In this document: one piece after another, positions 35,119 through 47,250 of the stretch | Layout of the letters: every line of letters begins with the position of its first letter | Position numbering within the stretch: the first letter of the stretch is position 1 | The notes under the pieces: model-generated | What the model saw: the letters and a program-made list of their open reading frames with translations, nothing else | Database searches by the model: none | Told to the model about the DNA's origin: nothing | Position numbers and translations under genes: made by a program | Assembly: GCF_009834535.1 (NCBI RefSeq) | Contig: NC_045724.1 | Span: 17,918,001 to 17,982,000, forward strand | DNA length: 64,000 nucleotides | Direction of reading: 5' to 3' | Source: Camelus ferus | Lineage: Eukaryota

Positions 35119-38029
35119 TCTGCTGTGAATGTGCTGTTGCTTTTTGGCTGGGGGAGGCAGCCAGTGGGGGAAGCTGTGTGGTAGTGGAAGGGGAAGCCTC
35201 TTCTAGACTTTGCTGCATCTGCTTTTCCTCCCTTTCACCCCCGACCTCAACCCCGGAAGAATTCCTCCTTCTCTCCCTCCCCTAGGCTCAGCAACCCCCA
35301 TGTCAGGATTGTGATTGGGGTTGGTCCCCAAATCCAGCATGCCCAGTGTGCAGGCTCTGACCTGAGGACAGGGTGGTGGAGGCAGAAGGGATAACGGCAA
35401 GAGGGCCCTGGAGTGGGAGCCTGACTTGACAAGGGTTGAAGGGGTGCAGCTATGGCTGCTATTTGTTCCTCAGAGGTTCCCCATTCTTAAAGTTTCACCC
35501 AGACCTCAGAGGGTCTTGGGGAGAGACTTCAGGTGTCCAATGACCAGAACTGTGCTAGGAGTGTTATCCACATTCTCTTCAGTCCTCATGACAGTCCTGG
35601 AGGCTTTATCCCATTGTAAAAGGCAGGAAATAGGTTTAGAGAGTTTGAGCGAGAAGGGGCCAAGCTTGGGACTCAGCTCTGCCTTACTCTGAAGCTCCCA
35701 GTACAGCAGCTCTTTCCATGGGGAAGCTGCCTTCTGCCCAGGATCCTGGTGGAGGCAAGGTGTAGCCTGCATGAACCCAGCAGGTTGGTTTCAACTCTTC
35801 ACCCCTCTGCTCCGTGCTTCAAGCTGCAATCTCCCAGGGGTGAGAAAGAGGTCCCCCAACAAGCTGGGTCTGCAGCTATCACCCTGATTATCTCTCACAG
35901 CCTCTCAGTTCCTGAAGTTGAGATCAAGACCATCTTTGCTTCTAAAGGGCAGTGAGTGAGGCCCCAGGAAACCACAAAGGAGGAAAGTGTCAGAGGAGCC
36001 GGTGACTCAGCAGGTTTTGATCTGCAAATCATTGACACTCAGCTTGCCTCTCCTCCCTTCTGCACTCAGGGCAGACAATGCCAAATGATCACAGAGCTCT
36101 TCCCCAGACTCAGCTGCAGGATTCCCAACCCAGTGCTCTAAGTAGCTTCTATCAATGGATTGGAGTTGGCACATGATTTGAAAGCTGTTAGCTATCCCTG
36201 TTTTAGAGCAACTTTCCCTGGAGAACTTGAAAATACAATGCAGGCTCCTCTGACAGGGATGCCCAAGAGTGGTTCAGTTTAGTAACCAAGAGATTGGCTT
36301 CCTGGGGTCTAATTCAAGAAGTCTGGAACTCCATAATCAGTTGCTTCCTCCCCTCCTAAATGAATCAATCGGCCAGTCTTACCACCATGTACAGCCGTTT
36401 TCTGACCTTTGGCTAACTTGAAACAACTTTGAAGTCAAATCCAATTTTCCTTTATTGAGTCTTTGCTAATGTGGCTAAACTCTGTTGGCCCCTGCTTTAT
36501 GACTTGCCCTCCACCCTGGCCACGGAAGTCCTAGTTCTCAGAGGCTAATGCCACTTGACTGTCAGATGCTGTTTCAGATGCCAGATTCTGGCTGACTAGC
36601 AGTGGGTTGTAGCCCATGGCTGGTGTTTGAGGTACTCCAGCCCGCTCTCCTGCTCACGTTCACCCCCATTCACACTGGTACTGAGTGAACCAATTAATCA
36701 CCTACGATTGTTAACTGTACTAATTATGCTCGCTCTTGAAACTTGTGGAAAAATTATTTACTGTCTCTGCCTCACGAGTTATCAATTATGGTGATTACAG
36801 GCAGACTGTCACTTCTCCCAAGCCAATGCAGAGGCAGCTTAGCCAGACTCTGAGCTGGCTTCTCAAGGAGAACCCTCACAGGGTTTTATCTGAGCTTGGG
36901 CTACATCCAACAGATATTGCAAAGGCAGTGGCCTCTTCATGGGGACAGGCCTTGCAATCTAATAAGGGGCAGCTCAAAATTGATCTTAAATGAAAGATTT
37001 TATAAAAGTTTTTCCTTTGTTCCCCTAAAAGATGAAATGACAACCACTAAGTACCACTCTGGGGATTGTACTACTTCCTTCTTCCTATGTCTCTGTGAGT
37101 GAATGCACAGTGCCCTCCTTGGCCAGACTTGGCATCACATTCCCAGAAATCTACAAGGAGGTTGCACATACATACTAGGTTATATTTTCCTCTGGTTCCT
37201 CAAGTCAGGGGCTCTATGTTGTTCCTTCTCAGCCCACCTCAATGCTCGTTCCAGATTCTACTTCCCCTGTTTCCCAGTATCCCTACTTGGGGGAGAGTTG
37301 GTGCCTCTGACCAAAATCTTTGCTAAATGAAGGAAGAAAAAGAAGAAGTTGTCAGGCTCTGTCCATCCCAGCTGGACTTTGAAATATTCCTGTCCTCTGA
37401 GGCCACTGGACTTTATAGCACAAGCCTACAGGCCACTACCACCCCCCAACAGAGACATATTCCCCAACTCTTGCCCTGTAACACCTCCACCCCCACTCCT
37501 GTCAGGGTGACAGTGTGTGATGTGAGGCGCGCGTGCAGCTGTCGGGTAAACATGTATTTATTCAGTTAAGCAGCAGGCCCCAGCAGGCTGTGGCTCCCGT
37601 CCCCTGGGCTCCCTCCCACATCCCAGCCCTCCTGCTGCCCACAGTGCTCATCTCCAAACGTCAGGGCAAAAAGCACTTAGAGCCAACTGCTGAGCCCAAA
37701 TCTATTACAGTGCCAAGAAGTTCACTCCGTCACCATGCACTCACAGGCTCCAGGCAGGCTGGAGCGGGTGGCCAGCCTCTGAGTGACCCCACCCCACAGG
37801 CCCTCTCTTCTAGTTCCTGTTACCGGCAGGGGTCAGACAGGCTAAGCTGTTCCTTAGCCCTGGCCATAGCAGCCATGGTATCCCCAACCTCCAAGGGGGC
37901 CCCTGTGGGTTCTGAACAAGCCATTGCCGACTTGACACCTCCACATGAATGTCACCAAGATGCTTTGAGACTCGACTCAAGAACAAACTCTAAATCTCCC
38001 CTGGAAACTGCATCTCTGGCTCTGTGAAT

Positions 38030-38750
38030 GGCAATGTATCCCCTTTGCAGCCAGCTGCTAAGCCAGAAACCAGAGTCCTCCTTGCAATTTCTTCTCTCAA
38101 ACATCAGTCTGCTGCTCTCCCTCCCTACCTACCGCCAGCTCTCACCTGGACCATGCCACGGCCTCCAGCTGGGCCCCTGGAATGTGGACTCCCCTAGAAA
38201 CACACATCTGATTTTGTGGGTTCCCTGTGCTCCAATAACTCCCCAGTGGCCTCCTGCTGACCTTAAGCTATATATCAGAGAATCCCTTGCATGGCCCTGG
38301 CTGGCCAGGCCCTGCCCAGCTCTCTGGCTTTGCTCCTCCTGATCATGCTCCAGTCACACTGGCCTTTTTTCATTTCCTCAAATGAACTAGGTGCTTTTTT
38401 GCCTCCAAGCCTTAGCCCATGCTGTCCATCCACCATCTTTTGTTATCTTCACCCCCACTGAATGCCTCCTCAGCCTCCCTATCTCAACCAAGTCCCATTT
38501 CTTTCAGAACATTCTCTGAACCCTGAGTCTGGGTCAGATTTTTGGCTTTTTTTGCTCAGAGCCCCCTCAGAGCTCAGATTTTCCTGGGGGTTCCAAACTC
38601 ACTTGGTATTCTTGTGACCCTTTAATTACCATCTGTTCCCCAACCAGACCATAAGCCCTTTGAAGGGAGGGGCCACATCTGGTTCTGCTCACTGTCAAGG
38701 CCCAGCGTGTGGCTGGTTCTGAATAAATATCTTGTGGAATAAATGCTATC
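38030..38750 (+). mobile_element. L2 fragment with 3' end
   Basis: catgctccagtcacactggcc...gccttagcccatgctgt...ggttctgaataaatatcttgtggaataaatg. Confidence 0.8.
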
Positions 38751-39019
38751 TTGGGCATTCCTCTCTGCACAGTCTCCTATCTAGTAAGATGGTCAGGAAA
38801 CACCAATTCCAAAGTTTTTCCCTTTTGTGCATTCAATAAATGTGGACAGAGAACCTCCTATGTTCCAGCTCTGCTGGGTGGTGAAGGGCCATGGACAGGT
38901 ACTGTCATGGGGTGCACTTTCTAGGAAGTCTGAAGGCATCAGTGACAGCTGGGCAGATGCTGAACCTGAGTTTTGGCTCCCAGTTCTGGCACCACCACCA
39001 CCTGGATCTGGTACCTACT

Positions 39020-39390
39020 GGCCTTTGCTCATGCTGTTCTCCTGCCTGGAACACTCTTCCTCATTCACTCATTCATCCAACAAAGAATTACTAAGCACCT
39101 AGTATGTATCAAGCAGTGTTCTAGGTACCATGGCAAACTCCTATACATTTTCAGTCTCAACTTGGTTATCACCTCCTCCAGGAAGCCTTCTCTAATTCCT
39201 GAACCTAGGTTGGGTGCCCATCTTATGGGCTCCCAGAGCTCCCTCCCTGGACTGTCCCCATCACAGCATTGATCACACTGCATTAAAATTGCCTGCACTG
39301 CATTAAAATCCTGTGACTGTCTTGCTCACCACACCACCCCCAGTACCACTGTACCCCACTGCCTGGCCCTTAGCAGCCATTCAATATATA
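39020..39390 (+). mobile_element. L2 fragment containing a nested minus-strand L2 tail (about 39060-39130)
   Basis: ggcctttgctcatgctgttctcctgcctggaacactcttcc | cattcactcattcatccaacaaagaattactaagcacc | tcacctcctccaggaagccttctc. Confidence 0.7.
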
Positions 39391-39849
39391 TTTCCTGCAC
39401 GAACAAATTCCTCCATTTCTTCCACTTGTGTCTCCCCAAGCCCTAAGGGAGAGGGGGAGAAACTTTGGACCAAAGCATAGGTGGCTGAAATAAACATGGA
39501 GAAGGGATATTTGTGAGAAGGCCATGATGAAGAGGAGGATGGGATTGGTTTGAAAGAAGACATTGGCGGGGGGGTGGGGGGGTGGGATAGAAGTTGGAGA
39601 ACTGGGATTTTCCTGCCCTGAGTCTGAGGCAAGCAGGTCAGAGAGGAAATGAGGCTGTAGGACCAGAAGTCCTCAGACAGGCTGGCTCAAACACCCCTGA
39701 TACACATGATTCGAAACCCCTCCACTGTCAGCCTTACCCAGGTTTCACCTTGCTGCTTCCCTTGGGTGTCCCTACCTCCTGGATACCCTCCTGGCCTTGC
39801 TCTCACTCTGTGGGGCAGGAGGTGGCCTCTGCAATTACTGTGCCCTGTG

Positions 39850-40166
39850 TCTGGAGAGTTGCCGTCCCCAGGAGAGCATGTGCTTCACTCTCACAAGGTC
39901 TCTGCCCCGATGACCTCGGAGAGGCCTTCCCTGGCCACAAATCCTGCTCTAGTCCCCAGCCTGCTTTATTTTTCTTCATGGCCCTTATTGCCAACAGATA
40001 TAGATTTCTGTGCTGTTTGCTGGTCTTTCCTACTTGATGAAGCTGCCAACAGCAGGGACCTTGTCAGTTTTGTGCAGCTGAATCCCAGGCTCTGAGGACA
40101 GTGCCTGACACACAAGAAGCCCTCAAGAACTATTTCTTGAATGAATGAATGAATGAATGAATGAAT
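39850..40166 (+). mobile_element. L2 3' end with (GAAT)7 tail at 40139-40166
   Basis: acctcggagaggccttccctggcc...cagtgcctgacacac...; seven GAAT units read directly. Confidence 0.85.
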
Positions 40167-42514
40167 TAATAGGAAGATGGTACAGGGGACCTAACTCTTC
40201 TGGACTACAAGTGCAAAGATTCTTAGAGAATAAGCACCAGGTGCCCAGTGGCACAAACAGAAATCGTCCACCTGCAGCCCCTACCCAGAAGATGCGATGC
40301 TCGCTGATGACGATGACTGCAGAGGGGACCACCTCCACTGGGTGTGAACCACTTCAAGGCGCTTCTAGTGAAACACCAGGGATGAGAACAGCCCAATGGG
40401 CTCCTCTCCAGGCCTGATCTCCCTTCGGGGACAGCCACCCCATCATCCCCTCCCAGTAACTGCTCCTTCCCCTGCCAATAACTGCTTCCTCTTGGGATAA
40501 GAGAGTACCACCTGGGAGCACCCATGCCTCTTCACTGCGACCTCCCTCTGCGGCCCTCTTCCCTCCCTCCAGCAGGAACTAGACAGATTAAACTATCAAT
40601 TGCCAGGAAAGGCTCGGGCAAGAAGTGCTGTCTCTGTCCAACAACTGCATCTAGTGCTTTTGGGCTAGCGGCTCCACATGGTGGCCCCCAGTGTCTCTCG
40701 TGACAGTGAACTTATAGGGTGGAAGTAGCTCATTCTTTTCCTCTGCTATGCCTAGAGGGAGTGGCCTTGACCCTGGCCCCAGGCTGACCTCTCCCACACT
40801 GCACCAGTCACAGATGGATCCCAGACCCCAGCCACAGGCCACCCCTAACTTCTCAATCTAACATAAAATGAATCCCAAACTATGAAAAGACTGGAACATC
40901 ATTTGAGGGGCTGGCTGAGAAGTCAACTTAAAATGATGTGGCTTCCTGGGTATTAAACGGTGGGGAAAGTAAGAAAAAGCAGCACTATCTTCTCCCAGAC
41001 AGCTGTGCCCGATGTTCTCCCCCTTGTGGGCTTGTCTGCAGCACTGGTGACCTCGACTTCATGCCAGAACATGGGAGGTGGGTTCGAGGTTGCAGCAGTG
41101 CTCCCCAGGGCGGTGCACCCGTGCCCCTGGGCCTGGAGTGGGTGTGCCGCTGGTCTCCCTCATCTGGTCACCAGCTGGTTAGCCCCTCTGCCAGGGTCGC
41201 GGGGCAGGCTCTGCTCACAGACCCTGATTGCTTGCTGGCCAGCCCCCAGCCTGCCCCATCTCCACTCTGCCCTCCCCTTGGTGGAACCGGGGGTGATTGG
41301 AACCCCTTCTGCTAGGGCTGATTAGGCCTGATTTCACCAGCCTACTCCCACCTCTGGAACCTTCCCCTGTTATTAAAGTTGTTTTCCTCCTACTTGCTTG
41401 GTCTGCCGGATGAAGTGAGTTTATTTGATTTGATTTCTCCCCCCACCCACTTTTTTCCTACGTTCATCCACTCTACCTGGGTCTTTGGGAGACCAGAGTT
41501 CAGTGAAAACCAGGAAAATTAACTTCTAACTTTAGAGTAAAAATAGCTATAATAAAGCCAAGTGAATAATAAAGCCTCCATCTAATGTAACTTTGATTAA
41601 AAGCGGAGACCTCCCTCCTCACCCACCTCCACCCCACAAGGATGAGGTTGGCCCTTTAAAGGAGGACAGGGTTGTAGGGACAAAAAAGGCAGCCTGCTCT
41701 CGCCTCCAATTTGTTTTTTTCTCCCCTCCTTTTCACTTTCTCAGCTCTCCAAGAAGCCCAAGGATCACATCTGCTAGTCTTCACTCCCCCAAGACTCCCT
41801 GTGCACCCAGGGCCAGGTGCTTAGCTCTCTGGGTCTTGGTGTCCTCACCTGTTGAATGGGACTGTGGGAGGAGCGTTCCATGAGTCTGTGTGTGAGAAGT
41901 TCTGGGTGGGTATAATTCCCCAGGGTTAAGTCTACGTACTCAGCCAAATCCCCTTCCTGAGACTCCCCACTTTCCCTCCAAAACCAAGGGGCCATAAGCC
42001 CACCAAAGCTCTACACAAGCCCCTCCAAGCCACCCTGGGAAAGAGCCCCCTGGTCAGAGCCAGTGGCATCCTCAGAGAAGCCGAACATGTGAGAACCTGT
42101 TCTTCCTGCACTTTCGCTCGGAGGAGGGGTGAGAAGCTTGGAGCCCGGCCTGGCAGCCTGGCTGGGGAGGTTCGGTTTCTTTCACCATCCCAGCCCTCTC
42201 TCATTGGGGCACTGAGCTGTGGAGGCAGGAGTCTGGTGCTTTTCAATTTCACGCCAGGTGTCAGTGGCCAGGACTTGGCTGGCCTTATCTACTTGGCCTC
42301 CTGCCCATGTGGCGCTTGCTGAGCTCAGCCTCCCTGCGAAGCCCAGAGCATGGCTGCTCCAGGAGCAAGACTTGTGGGCAGAAGGGGCCCTGGAGAGCTG
42401 ACTGCTGGGCAGGTTGGAAGGCTGGGTGGAGTCCTGCTGTAGGAGATGGGGCCTTCTGATCCCTAAGACAGGGAGATGAAGGCAGGAAATCATAGTCACA
42501 AATCAACCATTATT

Positions 42515-42680
42515 CTCAGAGCTGGAAGATCCCTGCAGACTATCTCACCCTCTCTCCCACTCTTCCCCATTTCCCATATGGGGAAACTGAGGCTCTAGAG
42601 AAATGAAATAACTTGCCCAAGGCCACATGGATTTGATGGAGCTGTGGTCCAACCCGAGGCCATGGAGCCCAGATTCCCCT
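42515..42680 (-). mobile_element. MIR3-type SINE
   Basis: gagctggaagatccctgcagactatc...atggggaaactgaggctctagagaaatgaaataacttgcccaaggccac. Confidence 0.75.
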
Positions 42681-42882
42681 TCTGAATCACTCAGCCCACC
42701 TCTCTATCCTCAAAAAGCTACACAGAAGCTCCCCCAAGGGTCAAGCAAGATTCCTCGTGACAAGGGGCCCTCCTTCATGTGACCAAGATGCTTCCTCTCA
42801 GAGCCTTGGTTTCCTCATATGGAAAATGGAGAAAGGAGGAGCGGTGAGTGAAAAATCCTTACAGCCCTTTTTAGATCTAAGT

Positions 42883-43205
42883 CAGCAGTCAGTAAACTAT
42901 GGTCTATGGGCCAAATCTGGCTCACTTCCTGTTTCTGTTTACCCATCAACTAAGAATGGTTTTTACATTTTTAAGTATTCTGGGGAAAAAAGATCAAAAG
43001 AAGTATAATAGTCCATGACATATGAAAATTACATGAAATTCACATTTCAGCATCCATAAATTTGTATTGGAACATAGCTGTACCCATTCATTCATACGTT
43101 GTCTGTGTCTGCCTTTATGCTACAACAAAGTTGAGACCATATGGTCTGCAAATCCTGAAATATTTACTAGCAGGTCCTTTACAAGAACATGCTTGCCGAG
43201 CCCTG
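42883..43205 (+). mobile_element. MER58B hAT-Charlie MITE
   Basis: cagcagtcagtaaactatggtctatgggccaaatctggc...ctaagaatggtttttacatttt...aaatatttacta...cttgccgagccctg. Confidence 0.9.
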
Positions 43206-45059
43206 ATAAGAAAGGCTGAGCTGGGTCTGGGCTCCAAAGCCCCTGAGTAGTCAGGGCTGGGAAAGCTCAGGGAGAAAGCTGTGTGAAGCAACTCTTGCTG
43301 GGTGCACTCTACTCACAGGTGCAGAAGTCTGAAACACTGGGGTACACCACGTGCATATTTCCAGGGGTACCCCCTCCTCCACGTCTGGGGAGTGGAGGTT
43401 TCCTCCTAGCAGCCGCAGTTCTGGGGACCCACCTGCCACCTGCCCTCCAGCCCAGAGCTGAACCCCAGGTCTGCATTCCCAAACTTTCTGCTTCTGCCGA
43501 CTTCCTGTGGCTCACAGGTCCACGGGCTCCCCACCTGGCTGGCCCGGCCTTGAGTGTGTGGCTGTGTGGCTGGCATGGGGGCCTGGGAGGAGAAGAATCC
43601 GAGCAAGTAATTGCCGCGTGAAAATGACAGCACAGCGATTTATCCACCCCAAGCCGGGCCTCAGCATACCAAGAGGCTGCCGGCAGCAGCTCGGAATCAA
43701 TACCACCCCAGAGGAGGGATTATTAGGGAGAAAAGGGGGTTTGAAAGATCCGTAAGAGCCTGATGACTGTCTGTTTCCAAGGGGACCATCAGCTGCATGA
43801 GAATTGTGTGTGGGAGGAGCAGAACTCTGGCTGCCCGCATGAGGGAGGGCTGAGTTTGGCTGTGGAGCCTGGACCCTATCCTTAACCTCAGGCTGACCAC
43901 CAGCGGGAGGGCATAGGCATACCTGGGGGGAACCTGAGGCTCCAAGAGCCAGGCGTTGAGGTGGAAACAGAGGGTACATGAGGGAGACCACCCATCCCAG
44001 TTGTGCACCTGGCCGAGGGACACTAGCAGAACACCCCGTTCCGGGCCCAGCAGCAGCCGGATCTGCTGTGTCATCCTGTGCAGACCTTCCTGTCGGGGCC
44101 TGCCATCTTTCCCCCCAGGAGGCCCAAGGAAGGCACCTGGGAACTTGAGATGAGCACAGAGCTGGGCTACTGGGAATTCCTCGGCTGGGGCTCCAAGCAG
44201 CACACCTCGGAGGAGGTAGGAGGAGGCATGCCTTCCTGAAAGGGTCTCCTCTGGCCCATCTCAGGGCCTTCCTTTCCTTTCTCTGTTCAAAGAGGGCAGG
44301 GAAGGGTGAACAGAGGTAATATAGGCCCTCTGCCCCCCATCTCTCAGAGGAATACTCAGGGATCCCCTTAGGGTACTAGAGACCATATCAAATCATCGCA
44401 ACAGCATATGTGTGTTTGTGCAGATGGATCAGAGCAGTCCCCACTCCTCTGTCAATCCCCGCGGGCCTGCAGCCATGAGCCTGGCAGGTTGGGGCGGGCA
44501 GGACATTCTGTGACCAAGTCAAGTCACTGGCACACACGGGCACTGCCTGCAGGATCCCCATCCACTCTGTACCATGCACTGAATAATCCAGTCAAGCTGA
44601 ATTTGCCAAGTGACGTGTGGGGAAGGGGAGGATCAGGAGCTGCTCTCTGTTCCAGGGTCTGGGCTGATGAAGGGCTGGTTAAGGGGTCCCCAGTCCTGAC
44701 CCAGGAAGGTCATGGACTGCTAGTCTGTGAGGGGCCTCAGCCCTTGCACCCATGGCTTTGGAGATGGGGAGACAAGAGGAGGATCACCGCACCTGATCAC
44801 GTAGCATCTGAGATGACAGAATGGGTGATCCAGTCCTAAGGAGCAGAAACTCCTGATGTATTTTGGGAGAGGGTGGGCCCCCTCCCCAGAACCCCAGGGG
44901 GTTCCAGTTAAAGGAGTGGTCCCTAACTCCCCAAACACAATCCAGGCAGCAAAAAAAAGGGTTGAAACCAATTTGCTCCCTGGCAGTCCTGCCACCAGCA
45001 AGCACACCTGCCATTCTACCATTTAACAGGAAGAAGGCAAACAAATACAGCCCGTCCCC

Positions 45060-45300
45060 AAGGAGAGAGAACAGGGAAGGTGGGGAGTGGGGGTGGGTGG
45101 AGGTGAACAACAGAGGAAGAAAGAGAGAAAGAAACAGAGAGAAAGAGAGATGGAGGGATAGACAGAGACCAAAGAGTCAGAGGAAGGGATAAACGGGGGA
45201 AAGAGGAGAAGAGACCGAAAGCGAGAGAGAGCAAGAGAGACAGACAGAGAGAGGAACGAGAGACAAGGGGAAGGAAGGGAAGGAGAGAACCAGCCCAGCA
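45060..45300 (+). repeat. GA-rich low-complexity tract
   Basis: (GA)/(GAAA)-type purine tract. Confidence 0.9.
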
Positions 45301-46009
45301 GAGGGGACTTGAATATTCAAGTTCTTGAAGGAGAGAGGCTGGGTTTGTAGTGCAGCCCTCTGGAGACAGCGGGAACAAACTGGGTTTTGAAATGAGAGAT
45401 AAAAGGAGCTGTTATATCTCCAGCTTTGCATCATTTAGTTCATCAGGCTTGACATGTGTCTAACAAACAAAGCCACAAGCAGAGAATGAAAGACATTGGA
45501 GAAAGAGAAGCAAAGGAACAGAGAGAGCCTGGGAGAGTGGCCCTCCCCTGGCTCTGAGCACTGAGCGGGTGCTCCTGATTTTTATTCTGAGGAGTTGATT
45601 CCCTGCTTGAAGGAGACAGGAGCCGTGAAGTGACTGGCTGCAGGCAGGACAAGCACGAGGGAAGTCCGTCCCGGCCTGGGGAGCACCATCAACTAAGGTG
45701 CTCACTCTGCCTTCCTGACTAGCGTGCCCTGGGAGGGACCAGGGGGTGTAGGGAGAACAGGTCCAGGCCTCTGCCCTCTCAAGGGTGCTGTCACCAGCTG
45801 AGAGGACAGAAGTAGGGCGTGATGAGGGGGTAGGGGACACGGGGTCAGTAGAGCCTCCCTACCACTCTTCTGGGGGCTCATGTCTGGACTTGGGGTGTGG
45901 GCACTGGAAACTCACTAGGTTCCCGGGAGACAGGCAGAAACAGTCTCCTAGGGGGGACATCAAGTGAGGGCAGTAGTTACAGGGCCCAGGGCTCTTGCCA
46001 TCTGACTCC

Positions 46010-46185
46010 TACATTGTCTCCTGATTTCGACCCTTTCCCTTTACTGTGTGAACTCAGCAAATCACCGCTTCCAGCCTCGGTTTCCTCGTCTGTACTTATA
46101 GAGATAAGAACTCCTGCCCAGCCAATCTCATGAGGGTTCAATGAGGATTTCTTAGAACAGGGCATGCAAAAGTGCATGGTACACT
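46010..46185 (+). mobile_element. MIR SINE
   Basis: ttactgtgtgaactcagcaaatcac...gcctcggtttcctcgtctgt...tgagggttcaatgagga. Confidence 0.75.
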
Positions 46186-46840
46186 TTCAGAACCCAAGAG
46201 TGCTCATTTGAAGAACAGAAAATACACACAGTTATGATTGATTGTGAACTCCCGGGAGTTTATCGCACGCTGTATCCACCAAGCAGGCAGTTCTTGTAGT
46301 TGCCTATCATTTGCCAGAATATATTCACCTCAGCATCAGACTTGATGCACTTGCATTCTATTCTGTTTTGCTAAATCAGATTAATCTGAGGAACAGGAAA
46401 AAAAAAATATGTTGAACATGACAGGATAGCAGAAAGAATTCCAGGAGGAGCCAGGAAAACAGCTAGGCACCAGACTGACACAGTCCCTCACTGTCACGGT
46501 TGCCTGAGGGACCTGGTAGCAGGTTATTAATACGTGCTGAGGGTGTGGGAAGTTCATGGCTTCGGAGTAACCCTCAGTGTATCTGAAAATTAACTCACCC
46601 CTTTCTCGGTTGCTCCTCCCTGGGCAACAAGACCACTGGAGACCTCGTGGGGTGGTGCTGGCAGGAAAAATACAGACTTGTTTCTCTTCTCCCTTGCCCC
46701 TTAGAGAGTATCAGCCCTGACTTTTGGCCTCAGTCACTCCTATCTGCAAAAAGGACGCAGTGATACGGACAATGCTGACTGCTGGATCATATTCAAGAGA
46801 GCTGTGTGAAAAATCAACCAACCCACTTTTTGATTACCTA

Positions 46841-47047
46841 CAGCTGCCCCTGAACCACATGGGTTTGAACGATGCGGGTCCATTTACATGCAGATTTTCT
46901 TCAATAGTAAATGCTACAGAACTACATGATCTGAGGTTGGAGGAATCCACGAGCATGCTCGTGGATATGGAGGGCTGACTATAAGTTGTACTCCGAATTT
47001 TGACTGTAGGGAGGATCGGCACCCCTGCCTTGTTCAAGGGTCAACTG
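46841..47047 (+). mobile_element. MER8 (Tigger2-derived TcMar MITE), both TIRs and TA TSD intact
   Basis: TA|CAGCTGCCCCTGAACCAC ... TTGTTCAAGGGTCAACTG|TA, with TA at 46839-40 and 47048-49. Confidence 0.9.
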
Positions 47048-47069
47048 TACTTCTCGGAAAGGGAGGTGG

Positions 47070-47250
47070 GAAAACCACAGGTCTGCATCTCAGCTCTGCC
47101 AAGTGTATTTGAGTAGTTGATCTGTTCTCCAAGTCTCAGTCTCCTCATTTGTGAAATAAGATAATAACACCGTCATCTCAAAAGAGTCAGAAGGAGGAAA
47201 TGAAGTGATGTTTGAAATCAATCAACACAGTGCTGGCCCACAATAAGGAC
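47070..47250 (+). mobile_element. MIR SINE
   Basis: ctcagctctgcca...tctcagtctcctcatttgtgaaataagataataac. Confidence 0.75.

Noticed and set aside
39276-39309. Short micro-duplications (CACTGCATTAAAAT x2 here; others near 16750, 30510, 48305, 53450)
   Set aside because: Ordinary slippage events, often inside old repeats; no array or spacer structure, so not CRISPR-like.
40290-40420. TGATGA...CTGA resembling a C/D box snoRNA
   Set aside because: No terminal stem, no D'/C' boxes and no recognisable rRNA guide.
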